DNA of 64,000 bases from an uncultured Pelagibacteraceae bacterium. Its GTDB lineage: Bacteria > Pseudomonadota > Alphaproteobacteria > Pelagibacterales > Pelagibacteraceae. Where the stretch lies: positions 18,007 to 82,006 of the forward strand of contig CACAJQ010000003.1 in NCBI GenBank assembly GCA_902532805.1. The letters are read 5' to 3'. A model generated the notes under the pieces. It was not told the DNA's origin and made no database searches. It saw only the letters and a list, made by a program, of their open reading frames with translations. The position numbers were made by a program, and so were the translations under genes. Positions 29,493 to 40,536 of the stretch are shown here, one piece after another. The first letter of the stretch is position 1; every line of letters starts with the position of its first letter.

Positions 29493-29566
29493 AATCGTTC
29501 AATTGATAATTCTGGATTAATATGTATATAAAAAGTATAAATTCAATTATTAAGATACATCAAAAA

Positions 29567-30781
29567 ATGAGCAAAATTAAGGTAAAAAATCCCATTGTCG
29601 AGCTAGACGGTGATGAAATGACAAGAGTAATTTGGGAATTCATAAAAAACAAATTAATTCTACCTTATTTAGATTTAGGCATTGAATATTACGATCTAGG
29701 AATGAAAAGCAGGGATGATACGGATGACAAAATTACTATCGACTGTGCTAATGCAATCAAGAAAAATGGAGTAGGTATCAAATGCGCAACTATTACTCCT
29801 GACGAAGCAAGAGTTGAAGAATTTAAATTAAAGAAAATGTGGAGATCTCCGAATGGAACAATAAGAAATATTATTGGAGGAACAGTATTTAGAGAACCAA
29901 TAATTTGTAAAAATATTCCTAAACTTGTCCCATCTTGGACGGATCCATTAATTATCGGAAGGCATGCTTTCGGTGATCAATACAGAGCTACAGATTTTTT
30001 AGTTCCAGGAAAAGGTAAATTAGAAGTTAAATGGACATCAGAAGATGGAAGTGATGAAAAGAAATATGAAGTATTTAATTTCCCAGGACCAGGTATTGCT
30101 CTTTCAATGTATAATTTAGATAAATCGATAGAGGACTTTGCAAGATCGTGTTTCAATTACGGCCTAATAAAAAAATGGCCTGTATATTTATCAACAAAGA
30201 ATACCATACTAAAAAAATATGATGGAAGATTTAAAGATATATTTCAAAATGTTTTTGAAAAAGATTTTAAATCAGAATTTGAAAAAAATAATATAACTTA
30301 TGAACACAGGTTAATCGATGATATGGTTGCTTGTGCTATGAAGTGGCACGGTAAATATATTTGGGCTTGTAAAAACTATGATGGCGATGTTCAGTCAGAT
30401 ACTGTTGCTCAAGGTTATGGTTCTTTAGGTTTAATGACAAGTGTTCTATTAGCGCCTGATGGTAGAACAATGGAAGCAGAAGCAGCTCATGGAACTGTAA
30501 CTCGACATTTTAGAATGCATCAGCAGGGTAAAGAAACATCCACTAATCCAATTGCATCTATATTTGCGTGGACAAGAGGTTTGGCGCACAGAGGAAAGTT
30601 AGATAGCAATGATGAATTAATTAAATTTGCCAAAACACTTGAAGAAGTATGCGTTGATTCAGTTGAGTCAGGATCAATGACCAAAGATTTGGCAATACTT
30701 ATTGGTCCTTCTACAAAATATTTAACAACTAACCAGTTTTTAGATGTAATTGATGGAAGTTTAAAACAAAAATTAAATTAA
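29567..30781 (+). CDS. icd: NADP-dependent isocitrate dehydrogenase
   Basis: [47 protein letters not shown]; start at MSKIKV preferred. Confidence 0.97.
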   Translation: MSKIKVKNPIVELDGDEMTRVIWEFIKNKLILPYLDLGIEYYDLGMKSRDDTDDKITIDCANAIKKNGVGIKCATITPDEARVEEFKLKKMWRSPNGTIRNIIGGTVFREPIICKNIPKLVPSWTDPLIIGRHAFGDQYRATDFLVPGKGKLEVKWTSEDGSDEKKYEVFNFPGPGIALSMYNLDKSIEDFARSCFNYGLIKKWPVYLSTKNTILKKYDGRFKDIFQNVFEKDFKSEFEKNNITYEHRLIDDMVACAMKWHGKYIWACKNYDGDVQSDTVAQGYGSLGLMTSVLLAPDGRTMEAEAAHGTVTRHFRMHQQGKETSTNPIASIFAWTRGLAHRGKLDSNDELIKFAKTLEEVCVDSVESGSMTKDLAILIGPSTKYLTTNQFLDVIDGSLKQKLN

Positions 30782-33436
30782 AGTTTTTAGTTTTTCTAAA
30801 GCTTGATCGATTTTATTTGGGTCTTGCCCTCCAGCCTGTGCAAAATCTTTACGACCTCCACCACCTTTTCCACCAATAATTTCAGATCCTAGTTTTGCAA
30901 ATTTAACTGCATCGTATTTATTTGTTAAATTTTCTGTTACACCTACAGCAAGACCAACTTTCTCGTCCTTATTTGCAAATACTACAACTATTCCTTCGCC
31001 CAATTCTTTTTTACCTGCATCTACAAGTTTTCTTAGGTCTTTTGGAGATAAATCTTGAACTTTTTGTAATCTAACTTGAGTACCATTTATATTTTCATCT
31101 TTAATTATGTTTTTTATTTTATCAGCTAAAACTGATTGAACATTTAATTGTTCTAATTGTTTATTAAGGTCTTTAATTAATCCTTTCGTATCTTTATTTT
31201 CTAGATTTGGTTTTCCACCTAATTTAATAATTTGAGCAGACACCTCTTTAATACTGTCTTCATCCTTTTGTGCAGAAAGGTTTGACATTTTTTCCTTATT
31301 TTTTAAGAATATTTCTAGTTGTTTGTCCCTTAAAGCTTCAACCCTTCTAACTCCAGCAGCTATTGAGGATTGGCTAACAGTTTTAAATTTTCCAATATCA
31401 CCTGTATTTTTTACATGAGTTCCACCACATAATTCTGTTGAAAAGTAAGAGTTATTTTCCGCTCCCATAGAAACTACTCTCACTTCTTCTCCATATTTTT
31501 CACCAAAAAAAGCTAAAGCACCTTTTTCAATGGCAGCTTTTGGTGTCATAATTCTTGTAGTTACATCAGTTTTGTTTTGCACGTATTCATTAACTAATTT
31601 ATCAATAATTGTTAACTCGTCCTCTGTAATTGGTTTCATATGACTAAAATCAAATCTTAGTCTATCAGGCGCAACTAAAGATCCTTTTTGCATAACATGT
31701 TTTCCCAATGTTCTTCTCAAAGACTCGTGTAATAAATGAGTTGCAGAATGATAAGCCTTAAGATTGTTACGTCTTTCAATATCTATTTTCATTTCTACAA
31801 CGTCTTTAATCTTAACATCACCAGATTTTACAATTCCATGATGTATAAACAGATCTCCAAGTTTTTTTTGAGTATCTGTAACCTCAAATACTGAATTACC
31901 AGATACTATTGTTCCTTGATCTCCAACTTGTCCACCAGACTCTCCATAAAAAGGGGTTTGATTAGTAATAATTATCCCTTCCTCACCATTTAAAATATTT
32001 TGTGCTTCTTTATTATTTTTAATTATTGATAACACCACTCCTTCTGATTGGTTAAACTCATACCCAAGAAACTCTGTAGGTCCTATTTTATCTTTTATAC
32101 CAAACCAGATTTCTTCTTCAGAGGCATCTCCAGAACCTTTCCAATTTTGTTTTGCAAGCTCTTTGCTCTTTTTCATTAATTCATCAAATTTATTTTGATC
32201 AACGGTCAAAGATTTATTTTTTAAAATATCTTCTGTTAAGTCTAACGGGAAACCATAAGTATCATATAATTTAAACGCTACTTCACCTGGTAAAACTTTT
32301 TTTATTTTTGAAATTTCATCATTCAAAATTTTAATTCCCCTATCAAGTAATACTAAAAATTTTTCTTCTTCCATTTTTAATGTTTCTTTAATTAAAGTCT
32401 CTGATCTTTCTAATTCAGGATAATTTCCTTTCATTTCATTTTTCAATGTATCAAAGATTTTATTGAAGACTGGTTCTTTAGAACCTAGCAAATGAGAATG
32501 TCTCATTCCTCTTCTCATTATTCTTCTAAGAACATAACCTCTACCTTCATTTGAGGGTAATACTCCTTCTGCAAGAAGAAATGAGCTAGCTCTTAGGTGA
32601 TCTGCAATTACTCTAAAGCTTGATAAATTATTTTCATCTTGTTTAACTTTTGTAAATTCAGAAATCGAACTAATTAATTTTTTAAAATGATCTGTTTCGT
32701 AATTATCATGTGTACCTTGAAGTAATGCTGCAATTCTTTCTAAACCCATTCCAGTATCTACAGAGGGTTTTGGAAGATTAATTCTTTTATCCTTTGAAAC
32801 TTGCTCAAATTGCATGAAGACTAAATTCCATATCTCAATATATCTATCGCCATCCTCATCTTTGGTTCCGGGTAAACCGCCTTTTAAATGATCTCCATGA
32901 TCATAAAATATCTCTGAACAAGGTCCGCAAGGGCCCGTTTCGCCCATTGACCAAAAGTTATCTGAAGTTGCTATCCTAATAATTCTATCGTCGCTAAAAC
33001 CCGCTATTTTCTTCCAAAAATTGAAGGCTTCATCGTCTTCATGAAATACTGTTACATATAATCTATCTTTATTTAATCCAAAATCTTTAGTAATTAAATT
33101 CCAAGCTAGTTCAATTCCCCTTTCCTTGAAGTAATCTCCGAAAGAAAAATTTCCAAGCATTTCAAAAAATGTATGGTGTCTAGGAGTGTAGCCAACATTT
33201 TCTAGATCGTTATGTTTACCTCCTGCCCTTACACATTTTTGAGAAGTGGTAGCTCTTTGATAATCTCTTTTTTCTAATCCAGTAAAAACATTTTTAAACT
33301 GGACCATGCCTGAATTTGCAAACATTAATGTTGGATCATTATTTGGAACCAAATTGCTAGACTCAACTATCTTGTGATCATTTTTTTCGAAATAATCTAA
33401 AAAAGTTGATCTGATCTCGTTTAATGTTTTTGCCAT
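30773..33436 (-). CDS. alaS: Alanine--tRNA ligase
   Basis: [55 protein letters not shown]. Confidence 0.98.
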   Translation of the reverse strand: MAKTLNEIRSTFLDYFEKNDHKIVESSNLVPNNDPTLMFANSGMVQFKNVFTGLEKRDYQRATTSQKCVRAGGKHNDLENVGYTPRHHTFFEMLGNFSFGDYFKERGIELAWNLITKDFGLNKDRLYVTVFHEDDEAFNFWKKIAGFSDDRIIRIATSDNFWSMGETGPCGPCSEIFYDHGDHLKGGLPGTKDEDGDRYIEIWNLVFMQFEQVSKDKRINLPKPSVDTGMGLERIAALLQGTHDNYETDHFKKLISSISEFTKVKQDENNLSSFRVIADHLRASSFLLAEGVLPSNEGRGYVLRRIMRRGMRHSHLLGSKEPVFNKIFDTLKNEMKGNYPELERSETLIKETLKMEEEKFLVLLDRGIKILNDEISKIKKVLPGEVAFKLYDTYGFPLDLTEDILKNKSLTVDQNKFDELMKKSKELAKQNWKGSGDASEEEIWFGIKDKIGPTEFLGYEFNQSEGVVLSIIKNNKEAQNILNGEEGIIITNQTPFYGESGGQVGDQGTIVSGNSVFEVTDTQKKLGDLFIHHGIVKSGDVKIKDVVEMKIDIERRNNLKAYHSATHLLHESLRRTLGKHVMQKGSLVAPDRLRFDFSHMKPITEDELTIIDKLVNEYVQNKTDVTTRIMTPKAAIEKGALAFFGEKYGEEVRVVSMGAENNSYFSTELCGGTHVKNTGDIGKFKTVSQSSIAAGVRRVEALRDKQLEIFLKNKEKMSNLSAQKDEDSIKEVSAQIIKLGGKPNLENKDTKGLIKDLNKQLEQLNVQSVLADKIKNIIKDENINGTQVRLQKVQDLSPKDLRKLVDAGKKELGEGIVVVFANKDEKVGLAVGVTENLTNKYDAVKFAKLGSEIIGGKGGGGRKDFAQAGGQDPNKIDQALEKLKTLI

Positions 33437-33485
33437 ATTTTGTTAAAATACAGCTTTTTCTATTGATGTCTACACCTCTGAAGGG

Positions 33486-33514
33486 AAAAAAGGCGCCCTT
33501 TCGAGCGCCTTTTT
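33486..33514 (-). terminator. Intrinsic terminator after recA
   Basis: Minus strand GGCGCTC-GAAA-GGGCGCC followed by TTTTTT. Confidence 0.85.
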
Positions 33515-33533
33515 AATAACTAAAAGTTATCTG

Positions 33534-34658
33534 CTAATTTTTTTTAGTAGGAATTTCTTCTTCTTTTTTTTGAGCCTCTACTTTTTCCTCGCTTAGTGGA
33601 TTTCCCTCAATTTTCTTTGAGATCACTCCAGCCTTTTCTCTGATTGCCATTTCAATTTCAGCAGCGGCTTTAGGATTTTGTTCAAGGTAAAGTTTCGCAT
33701 TCTCTCTACCTTGACCAATTTTTTCACCTTTGTAAGCGTACCAAGCTCCAGATTTCTCTACGATATCTGCTTTGGCACCTAGGTCAATTAGTTCCCCTAC
33801 TTTACTAATTCCTTTTCCATACATTAAGTCAAACTCAACAACTTTAAATGGCGGAGCAACTTTATTTTTCACAACTTTAACTCTTGTTGTGTTACCAACG
33901 ATATTATCTTTATCTTTGATTGCTCCAATTCTTCTAATATCCATTCTAACTGATGAGTAGAACTTCAAAGAGTTTCCGCCCGATGTCGTTTCTGGACTTC
34001 CAAACATAACGCCAATTTTCATCCTAATTTGGTTAATGAAAATAACCATTGTATTAGTTCGTGAAATTGAGCCTGTTAATTTTCTCAATGCTTGAGACAT
34101 CAATCTAGCTTGCAAACCAACATGAGTATCACCCATATCTCCTTCAATTTCAGCTCTTGGTGTTAATGCTGCAACAGAATCCACAACAAGAACCGACATT
34201 GAGCCAGATTTAATTAATGTATCAGTAATTTCTAAAGCTTGTTCACCTGTGTCTGGTTGAGAAATTAGTAACTCTTCAGTATTTACGCCTAATTTCTTTG
34301 CATACACTGGATCTAAAGCGTGTTCTGCATCAACGAAACCACAAATTCCGCCTGCCTTCTGTGCTTCTGCAACTACTTGTAATGCTAATGTAGTTTTTCC
34401 TGAAGACTCTGGTCCATAAATTTCAATAATTCTTCCTTTTGGTAATCCACCAATTCCTAAAGCAAGATCTAAGCTTAAAGATCCAGTTGAAATAGACTCA
34501 ACATCCATAGCTTTTTGCTCACCAAGCTTCATTACTGAGCCTTTTCCAAAGCTATCTGTAATTTGGCTGATTGCTGCGTCTAATGCTTTATTTTTCTCTT
34601 TGTTTTCCAATTCTTTATCTTTTGCGGTTTTCACCACTTTTAGGTTATTTTTAGTCAT
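33534..34658 (-). CDS. recA: Recombinase A
   Basis: [33 protein letters not shown]. Confidence 0.99.
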   Translation of the reverse strand: MTKNNLKVVKTAKDKELENKEKNKALDAAISQITDSFGKGSVMKLGEQKAMDVESISTGSLSLDLALGIGGLPKGRIIEIYGPESSGKTTLALQVVAEAQKAGGICGFVDAEHALDPVYAKKLGVNTEELLISQPDTGEQALEITDTLIKSGSMSVLVVDSVAALTPRAEIEGDMGDTHVGLQARLMSQALRKLTGSISRTNTMVIFINQIRMKIGVMFGSPETTSGGNSLKFYSSVRMDIRRIGAIKDKDNIVGNTTRVKVVKNKVAPPFKVVEFDLMYGKGISKVGELIDLGAKADIVEKSGAWYAYKGEKIGQGRENAKLYLEQNPKAAAEIEMAIREKAGVISKKIEGNPLSEEKVEAQKKEEEIPTKKN

Positions 34659-34708
34659 TTTTTGCCTCTTTTTTTGCTTTTTTTAACACTCGAATCATGA
34701 ATTTAAAT

Positions 34709-34723
34709 GTACACATTTTGTTC
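34709..34723 (-). promoter_or_regulatory. Putative LexA (SOS) box of recA
   Basis: Minus strand GAAC-AAAATGT-GTAC, one mismatch from the alphaproteobacterial GAAC-N7-GAAC. Confidence 0.65.
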
Positions 34724-34765
34724 TCATTGGCAATATATTTCTCAAAATAGCTTAAAATCGTTAAA

Positions 34766-36058
34766 TTACTTGAGTTTTAGGTATTCGCTATTCAATAAAC
34801 CAATAGCTTTTAGAACATTATATTGAGCGATAAGATTATTTCTCTCAGATTCTGCTAGGGAAATTTTTGCAGCCAACAACAAAGAGTTTGATTGTATAAC
34901 ATCTAGCGTTGTTCTTGAACCTCTCTCATACTCTGCAGCTATTCCTTCGTTAGCAATTTTTGCTGCTCTAACTTGAGATCTTACTGAATTTAAAAAACTT
35001 TTTGATGCTTCAAGATTTGACCATGCACTTCCAACATTTTTTTCAGTAGTTTTTACTGCATCCTCAAATAATAAAATTTTTCTAGTTTTTAGATTTGTGT
35101 TTTTGTTTATTTTTGCACGTTTACTTCCGCCTGAATAAAATGGCCAGCTAATTGTTGCTTTAAGAGTATCCTTTTCTCTCTCATCTATAGTAGAAGTAAA
35201 ATCGTCAGCATAAGATCTTTCTAAAGATAAAGATGCGGTTGGTTTTAAATCACTTTCGGCGATTGCAATATCCATTTCAGATTGATTTAATTCTATTTTA
35301 GCGATCATTATATCTGGATTGTTTTCTCTTGCTAAATTAATTGCTGAACTAAGTTCACTTGGAACTCCTACAATTGCTCTATTGGTCTTTTTTAGTTCAT
35401 TTGTATTTAAAAGTTTACCAATAATATTTTCGTAATTTAATTTGTTAATCATTAATTCGCTTCTTGCTTGAGTTAGTTGAGCGCTTGCTCCAGCAAGTGA
35501 GGATTCAGTTTGTGATAAATCTGCAGTTTTTATTTGTCCTCTATCTAATCTAACTTTATCATTTTCAAGTTGTTTAATAAGTAAATTTAAATTTTGCCTA
35601 TTAATTGCAACTTTTTCTCTTGATAAAATTACAGATGTAAAAGCTTCTATAGCACTGTAAAGAACATCTTGTTCTTTTTTAAATAATTTTGCTTTTGCAA
35701 GTTCTAAACCTATTAAATTTTTTTCATAATTAAGGTCTCTTCCAAAATCCAATAAGGTTTGCTCCAATTTTATGGATGTTGTGAATGGGTCTACATCACT
35801 GATTGTTGCATCACCACCGCTCTGATTTGTAAGTTTATTTGTTTCTTCAAGGCTCTTGGACCCACTTAAACTCAAAGAAGGCATATAATCGGCCTTAGAA
35901 ATGTTCAGATCTTCTTCTGATGCTTTTATATTTTCTCTCTCGGCATTTAATTTTTTATTGTTATTATAAGTTTCGTTTAATGCTTCATATAATGTGACAG
36001 CTAGCGATTGAGCTGATAAGCAAAAAAAACTAACAATTATTATTAATATTTTTTTCAT
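34766..36058 (-). CDS. tolC: TolC family outer membrane protein
   Basis: Signal peptide; ADYMPSLSL, QTLLDFG, PFYSGG, GSRTTLDV. Confidence 0.88.
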   Translation of the reverse strand: MKKILIIIVSFFCLSAQSLAVTLYEALNETYNNNKKLNAERENIKASEEDLNISKADYMPSLSLSGSKSLEETNKLTNQSGGDATISDVDPFTTSIKLEQTLLDFGRDLNYEKNLIGLELAKAKLFKKEQDVLYSAIEAFTSVILSREKVAINRQNLNLLIKQLENDKVRLDRGQIKTADLSQTESSLAGASAQLTQARSELMINKLNYENIIGKLLNTNELKKTNRAIVGVPSELSSAINLARENNPDIMIAKIELNQSEMDIAIAESDLKPTASLSLERSYADDFTSTIDEREKDTLKATISWPFYSGGSKRAKINKNTNLKTRKILLFEDAVKTTEKNVGSAWSNLEASKSFLNSVRSQVRAAKIANEGIAAEYERGSRTTLDVIQSNSLLLAAKISLAESERNNLIAQYNVLKAIGLLNSEYLKLK

Positions 36059-36984
36059 TAGTTGTACTTTACAGAATTAATTTGATGATTAGAATTTAAT
36101 TTAATAACTATAGACGCGTATTTTGGCGCATATTTAAACATATTCTGTGTAATTCTCTGGTAAGTTTGCATAAAGTTCAAAACTTCCTTTTTTGTCATAA
36201 TTTTTTGTTTTGTTTTTTTATTCTTATTTTTTAATTTAAGTTTTTTTTCCTGAATAACTCTCCACTTTTGTAATAAACTAAAATTTTCTGCTCTTAAAAA
36301 TAACAAACAATCGAGCTTACTATAAAGTTTCTTGTATCCTTTTTTTAGCTGGTCATTAACGTGTTTTCTCCAGATTAATTTATTATCATCATTTTTTTCC
36401 ATCGTATTAACACTTTTTTTTAATGTTTTTGAGCTTTCAGGTCTTGCTCCAACACACCAACCTTCAAAAATGATTACATCTGGTCTGCTATTTACTTTAT
36501 ACCAATTTTTTTTTGTAAATCTGTCATCAATTGCCTTATCAAACTTGGGTAACATAATTGATCTAAATTTTCTAGAATTTGCTTTTTTAATAAAACTAGA
36601 CATATAAGTTATATCATGAGTTCCTGGAACACCTCTTGTCAATAATAATGGATGAATTTTCTTAGATAACTTTATTCTATCATTCTTTGTTTTGTAAATA
36701 TCGTCAATTGATATTTTGAAAACTTTTAACTTAAAATATTTTTTTAAAATTATCATTAAGATAGAACTTATAGTGGTTTTTCCGGTTCCTTGTCCTCCTG
36801 TTAAACCAACAATATAAGGTTTCTTTATATTTGTTTTTTTTGCAATCCAGAAACTCATAGGAACAAGATAATCTTTAAGCATCTTGTCTTTATTTTTAAA
36901 TTTATCCGAAGATGTTTCTTGTGTTTTAATAAACTTATAACAATCTTTTTTTACTTTATTTAAACAATCCTCAACTAAATTCAT
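36058..36984 (-). CDS. P-loop kinase, plant/fungal-type D-glycerate 3-kinase-like
   Basis: GGQGTGKTT, SIDD, RGVPGTHD, PKFDKAIDDR, FEGWCVG, WRVIQE. Confidence 0.7.
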   Translation of the reverse strand: MNLVEDCLNKVKKDCYKFIKTQETSSDKFKNKDKMLKDYLVPMSFWIAKKTNIKKPYIVGLTGGQGTGKTTISSILMIILKKYFKLKVFKISIDDIYKTKNDRIKLSKKIHPLLLTRGVPGTHDITYMSSFIKKANSRKFRSIMLPKFDKAIDDRFTKKNWYKVNSRPDVIIFEGWCVGARPESSKTLKKSVNTMEKNDDNKLIWRKHVNDQLKKGYKKLYSKLDCLLFLRAENFSLLQKWRVIQEKKLKLKNKNKKTKQKIMTKKEVLNFMQTYQRITQNMFKYAPKYASIVIKLNSNHQINSVKYN

Positions 36985-36990
36985 TTAATT

Positions 36991-37356
36991 TTATTTTTGG
37001 TCAAGTGGATGGTTTAAACCATCAAAGAAAACAACGTCTTTTAAATCATCGGCTTTAACTTCATCTACACAACCTAAATTGAATCCAGTCATGGCGGGTG
37101 CACTTCTTGGGTTATGATGTGTGTAAATTCCACATTCAATACAAAAGTAATGATTAGCAACTTTCGTATGGTACTGATAAAGTTTTAATTTATCTTCTCC
37201 CTTAGTAACTTTAAAATCTTCATTTTTAACCATTCCCATTGTTGCATTTTTTCTTTTACATATAGAGCAGTTACATCTTACAATTTTTGGTAATTCATTA
37301 ATTGGAACATTAATTTCTGCTTCTACACATCCACAATGACATGTTAGTTTCGGCAT
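36991..37356 (-). CDS. GFA/CENP-V family zinc protein
   Basis: CHCG, CNCSIC, FCIECG. Confidence 0.88.
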   Translation of the reverse strand: MPKLTCHCGCVEAEINVPINELPKIVRCNCSICKRKNATMGMVKNEDFKVTKGEDKLKLYQYHTKVANHYFCIECGIYTHHNPRSAPAMTGFNLGCVDEVKADDLKDVVFFDGLNHPLDQK

Positions 37357-37359
37357 TAA

Positions 37360-37710
37360 TTATTCTCCCCATTTTCCATGAAACTCATAAACAACTGCTG
37401 GCTTATCACCAACTACCCAGCCGTCATGACCTGGGTCAATTGAATATGCATCACCTGCTTTATATGTTAATTCTGTTCCATCATCATGTTTGGCGCAAAC
37501 TGCTCCTGAAACTATTACTCCAAGATGTTTTGCTTTACAGCTATCAGTTCCTACAGTTGGTTTAATATCTTGTGACCATTTCCATCCTGGCTGCAAAACT
37601 AATCTCATTACTCTTTGATCTCCCACTTTTACGATATCCATTTTGGCATTGTTGAAACTGGTATTGCTTTCATCTGGATTATCAAAACTTTTAACTTCAA
37701 TTGAACTCAT
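37360..37710 (-). CDS. Cupin domain protein
   Basis: LQPGWKWS, CKAKHLG, IDPGHDGWVVG; strong AGGAG Shine-Dalgarno. Confidence 0.8.
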   Translation of the reverse strand: MSSIEVKSFDNPDESNTSFNNAKMDIVKVGDQRVMRLVLQPGWKWSQDIKPTVGTDSCKAKHLGVIVSGAVCAKHDDGTELTYKAGDAYSIDPGHDGWVVGDKPAVVYEFHGKWGE

Positions 37711-37762
37711 GCTTCTCTCCTTTTATAATTAAATTAGGATTATAGACTACTAATGGTTTAAG

Positions 37763-37771
37763 TTATCCACA
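37763..37771 (+). promoter_or_regulatory. Consensus DnaA box
   Basis: TTATCCACA in the cupin/umuD divergent intergenic region. Confidence 0.4.
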
Positions 37772-37848
37772 ATAGCACAAAATATGGTTTTGGATGTTCA
37801 CGTTTTGATTCACTTTTGATTCACTTACAGACTCAAAATACAACCTAA

Positions 37849-37895
37849 TTGACACTATTGTATAACTCATGTACTAATAAGAACAAAACAAGAAC
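37849..37895 (+). promoter_or_regulatory. umuDC promoter with LexA box
   Basis: TTGACA (37849), 17 nt, TACTAA; then a perfect GAAC-AAAACAA-GAAC at 37881-37895, 4 nt before ATG 37900. Confidence 0.75.
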
Positions 37896-37899
37896 ACTT

Positions 37900-38295
37900 A
37901 TGAAGCTAACAATACCTTATTATTTACATAAAGCAGGAGCTGGTTTTCCTTCGCCTGCAACTGATTACATAGAAGAAGATATAGATTTAAATGTACATCT
38001 GATCAAGAATGTTCCGGCAACTTTCATCATAAGGGTTCAAGGAAAATCAATGGTGGATGTTGGAATAAATGATGGCGATTTATTAGTTGTAGACAAAAGC
38101 TTAACTCCAAAAAATTTTTCAACTGTCATAGCAAATGTTCATGATGAACTCGTTGTTAAAACTTTAGTTAAAGAAAAAGATAAGCAATTTTTAACATCAG
38201 GCTCTAAAGAATTTTCTGATCGAATTTTAATTAATGAAGAACAAGATATTTTTATTTGGGGAGTAGTTACCTATGTCATACATTCAGTACACTAA
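37900..38295 (+). CDS. umuD: DNA polymerase V subunit UmuD (S24 peptidase)
   Basis: AGFPSPA cleavage site, GKSM (catalytic Ser), VVKT (catalytic Lys); start moved to ATG 37900 because the upstream TTG lies in the -35 box. Confidence 0.9.
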   Translation: MKLTIPYYLHKAGAGFPSPATDYIEEDIDLNVHLIKNVPATFIIRVQGKSMVDVGINDGDLLVVDKSLTPKNFSTVIANVHDELVVKTLVKEKDKQFLTSGSKEFSDRILINEEQDIFIWGVVTYVIHSVH

Positions 38296-39550
38296 AAAAT
38301 TAGCACTGGTTGACTGCAATTCTTTTTATGTTTCTTGTGAAAGATTATTTAATCCAAAAATAAGAAAAAAACCTGTTGTAGTTTTATCTAATAATGATGG
38401 CTGTATAGTTTCAAGATCTACTGAAGCAAAAGCTTTGGGAATTAAAATGGGTGAACCTTACTTTAAAGCAAAAGATATTATTATCAAAAATGATGTACAA
38501 GTATTCTCATCAAATTATTCTTTGTATGGAGATTTATCTAGAAGAGTAATGAGAACTTTAAAAAGATTTAACTCTGATATTGAAGTTTATTCAATTGATG
38601 AAGCATTTATGGATTTATCAAATTTTTCTGATAATGAAGTAGAGCAAGTTGGAAGAGAAATTAGAGAAACAGTTTTGAAGTGGACTGGTATTCCAACAAG
38701 TATAGGAATAGCTAAAACTAAAACTTTAAGCAAAGTTGCAAATCATATAGCTAAAAAAAAACAATCAGGTGTTACAAGTCTAATTGGAATAGAAAATCTT
38801 GATCCTATTCTTGAAAAAATTGATATTAATGATGTTTGGGGTGTCGGAAGACAAATGACAAAGTTTTACCAAAAAAATGGAATTTATAATGCTAAACAAT
38901 TAAAAAATAAATCAAACACTTGGATTAAAAAATCCTCAAATGTTCTAAGTTCAAGAACTGCAATGGAGCTTAGAGGTGTACCTTGTATTGATTTAGAGAA
39001 AACTGCATCAAAAAGAAAAAGCTGTGTAGTATCAAGATCATTTGGAAAAAGAATAGAAAGATTTCAGGACCTTGAAGAAGCTGTTGCTAGTTATTGTTTA
39101 AATGCATCAGAAAAGATAAGATCCGAAAACCTTGTTGCAAAAGCCGTTATGGTATTTGTTAGAACTAGTCCTTTTCAAAAACAATTTGGTTTTTATTCAA
39201 ACTCCAGAACTGTTGATTTTCCTATAGCAACTAACAATAGTATAGAGATCGTAAAAAATGCTTTATCTGTCTTAAAAGTAATCTTTAGGAAGGGACATCG
39301 TTATCAAAAAGCAGGAGTGATGCTAACTGGATTAACAGATGCAGAAAATAATGAAAACTTATTTTCATCAGCAAAAGACGAGAGAATTAATAGATTAATG
39401 AGATCAATTGATAATACAAACTACAGATATGGCAGATCTACATTAAGTCTTGCAAGTGCTGGCGTTAGAAAGTCTTGGAGTATGAAAAGGGATTATAACT
39501 CAAAAATAGATACAGCTGATTTTTATAGTTTGCCAACAATTAGAGCATAA
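38273..39550 (+). CDS. umuC: DNA polymerase V subunit UmuC (Y family)
   Basis: DCNSFYVSCE, LSNNDGC, SSNYSLY, YSIDEAF, SRSFG, YQKAGV. Confidence 0.94.
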   Translation: MSYIQYTKKLALVDCNSFYVSCERLFNPKIRKKPVVVLSNNDGCIVSRSTEAKALGIKMGEPYFKAKDIIIKNDVQVFSSNYSLYGDLSRRVMRTLKRFNSDIEVYSIDEAFMDLSNFSDNEVEQVGREIRETVLKWTGIPTSIGIAKTKTLSKVANHIAKKKQSGVTSLIGIENLDPILEKIDINDVWGVGRQMTKFYQKNGIYNAKQLKNKSNTWIKKSSNVLSSRTAMELRGVPCIDLEKTASKRKSCVVSRSFGKRIERFQDLEEAVASYCLNASEKIRSENLVAKAVMVFVRTSPFQKQFGFYSNSRTVDFPIATNNSIEIVKNALSVLKVIFRKGHRYQKAGVMLTGLTDAENNENLFSSAKDERINRLMRSIDNTNYRYGRSTLSLASAGVRKSWSMKRDYNSKIDTADFYSLPTIRA

Positions 39551-39555
39551 AAAAA

Positions 39556-40425
39556 TTATTTTATCATATCAATACTTTCAATATTACTAAGAGAATTATT
39601 TAATTCCTCTAAATTTTCTCTTCTTCCAATCATAACAACTGATAATCCAAAAGCGATAATTAGAGCTAAAGGAATAGCCGTCACAACGCTTATGTAATCA
39701 GCCATTAAGATTAAATAAATGGCATAAAATAAAATTGATCGAATAATAACTGTAGATTTAAACACAGCTATGATTGCTAAAGAATGTTTAATCAAATTTT
39801 TAAAACTCATCTTTGAAGGACCAAAATATCTTGTCCCTCTTTCTGAAGGAGATGAAGATATATCTTTCTCTAATTTTGCCAATGCTCCTGAAAAGCTGCA
39901 CCAAGAAGATTTATCGTTTATTAATTTCTCAACAGTTGATTTCGGAAGACAAGTATAATTTCCAAATTTTATCGAGTGACCAGTAAATACATAGGTAATT
40001 ATTTTATGCAAATGATAACAAGTTTTAAAAATAATATTTTCAGATCTTTTTACTCTTTCTCCTACAATTGGTTTTCCTTCGTCATATTTTATGTATTCAA
40101 GAAAACTTTTGATTTCTTCAGGTCTATCTTCACCGTCAGAGTCCATTGGGATTACATAATCAAATTCTTTATTTTGAAATATATGTTTAAGTCCTGTTGC
40201 AATACATCTTCCATGTCCTTGATTGTTTCTAATATTCAAGATTTCAACAGATAATAGGTTTTCTGTATTGGAAATAGAGTTTGGTTTTTCCTCGGTTGAT
40301 GCATCATTAGCTATGACAAGAGAAAATTCAGCATCTAAATCTTTTACAATAGTATTTATTTCTTCAATTAGTTTTAAAGCTGATTTCCAGTCATTGTAAA
40401 CTGGTGTTAAAATAGTAATTTTCAT
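39556..40425 (-). CDS. GT2 glycosyltransferase (ArnC/GtrB/DPM-like)
   Basis: LTPVYND, NDAST, NQGH, MDSDGEDRPE, RYFGPSKM, two C-terminal TM segments. Confidence 0.85.
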   Translation of the reverse strand: MKITILTPVYNDWKSALKLIEEINTIVKDLDAEFSLVIANDASTEEKPNSISNTENLLSVEILNIRNNQGHGRCIATGLKHIFQNKEFDYVIPMDSDGEDRPEEIKSFLEYIKYDEGKPIVGERVKRSENIIFKTCYHLHKIITYVFTGHSIKFGNYTCLPKSTVEKLINDKSSWCSFSGALAKLEKDISSSPSERGTRYFGPSKMSFKNLIKHSLAIIAVFKSTVIIRSILFYAIYLILMADYISVVTAIPLALIIAFGLSVVMIGRRENLEELNNSLSNIESIDMIK

Positions 40426-40429
40426 TTAT

Positions 40430-40534
40430 TTAACTTGCAAGCAACCTCAGTAATGAGGCTACAATTCCATGTCCAGATAGCTCTATTATTACAACAATAA
40501 AGACGATGAATAGTATGTTTTTATTGAATTTCAT
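40430..40534 (-). CDS. Putative 34-aa membrane peptide
   Basis: Manual translation MKFNKNILFIVFIVVIIELSGHGIVASLLRLLAS; starts 2 nt after the upstream stop and ends 4 nt before the GT2 start. Confidence 0.55.
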   Translation of the reverse strand: MKFNKNILFIVFIVVIIELSGHGIVASLLRLLAS

Positions 40535-40536
40535 AT

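Noticed and set aside
37360-37710. Cupin as a DMSP lyase (DddK/DddQ/DddW)
   Set aside because: It lacks the HxHxxxExY-type metal motif of those lyases; the family call stops at cupin
37711-37899. Replication origin at the DnaA box / GANTC cluster
   Set aside because: Only one clear DnaA box, no typical origin-linked genes, and the minus-strand gene bias does not switch here
37900-39550. umuDC as a sign of a prophage or integrative element
   Set aside because: No integrase, att repeats, tRNA or compositional shift; the flanking genes are ordinary chromosomal genes
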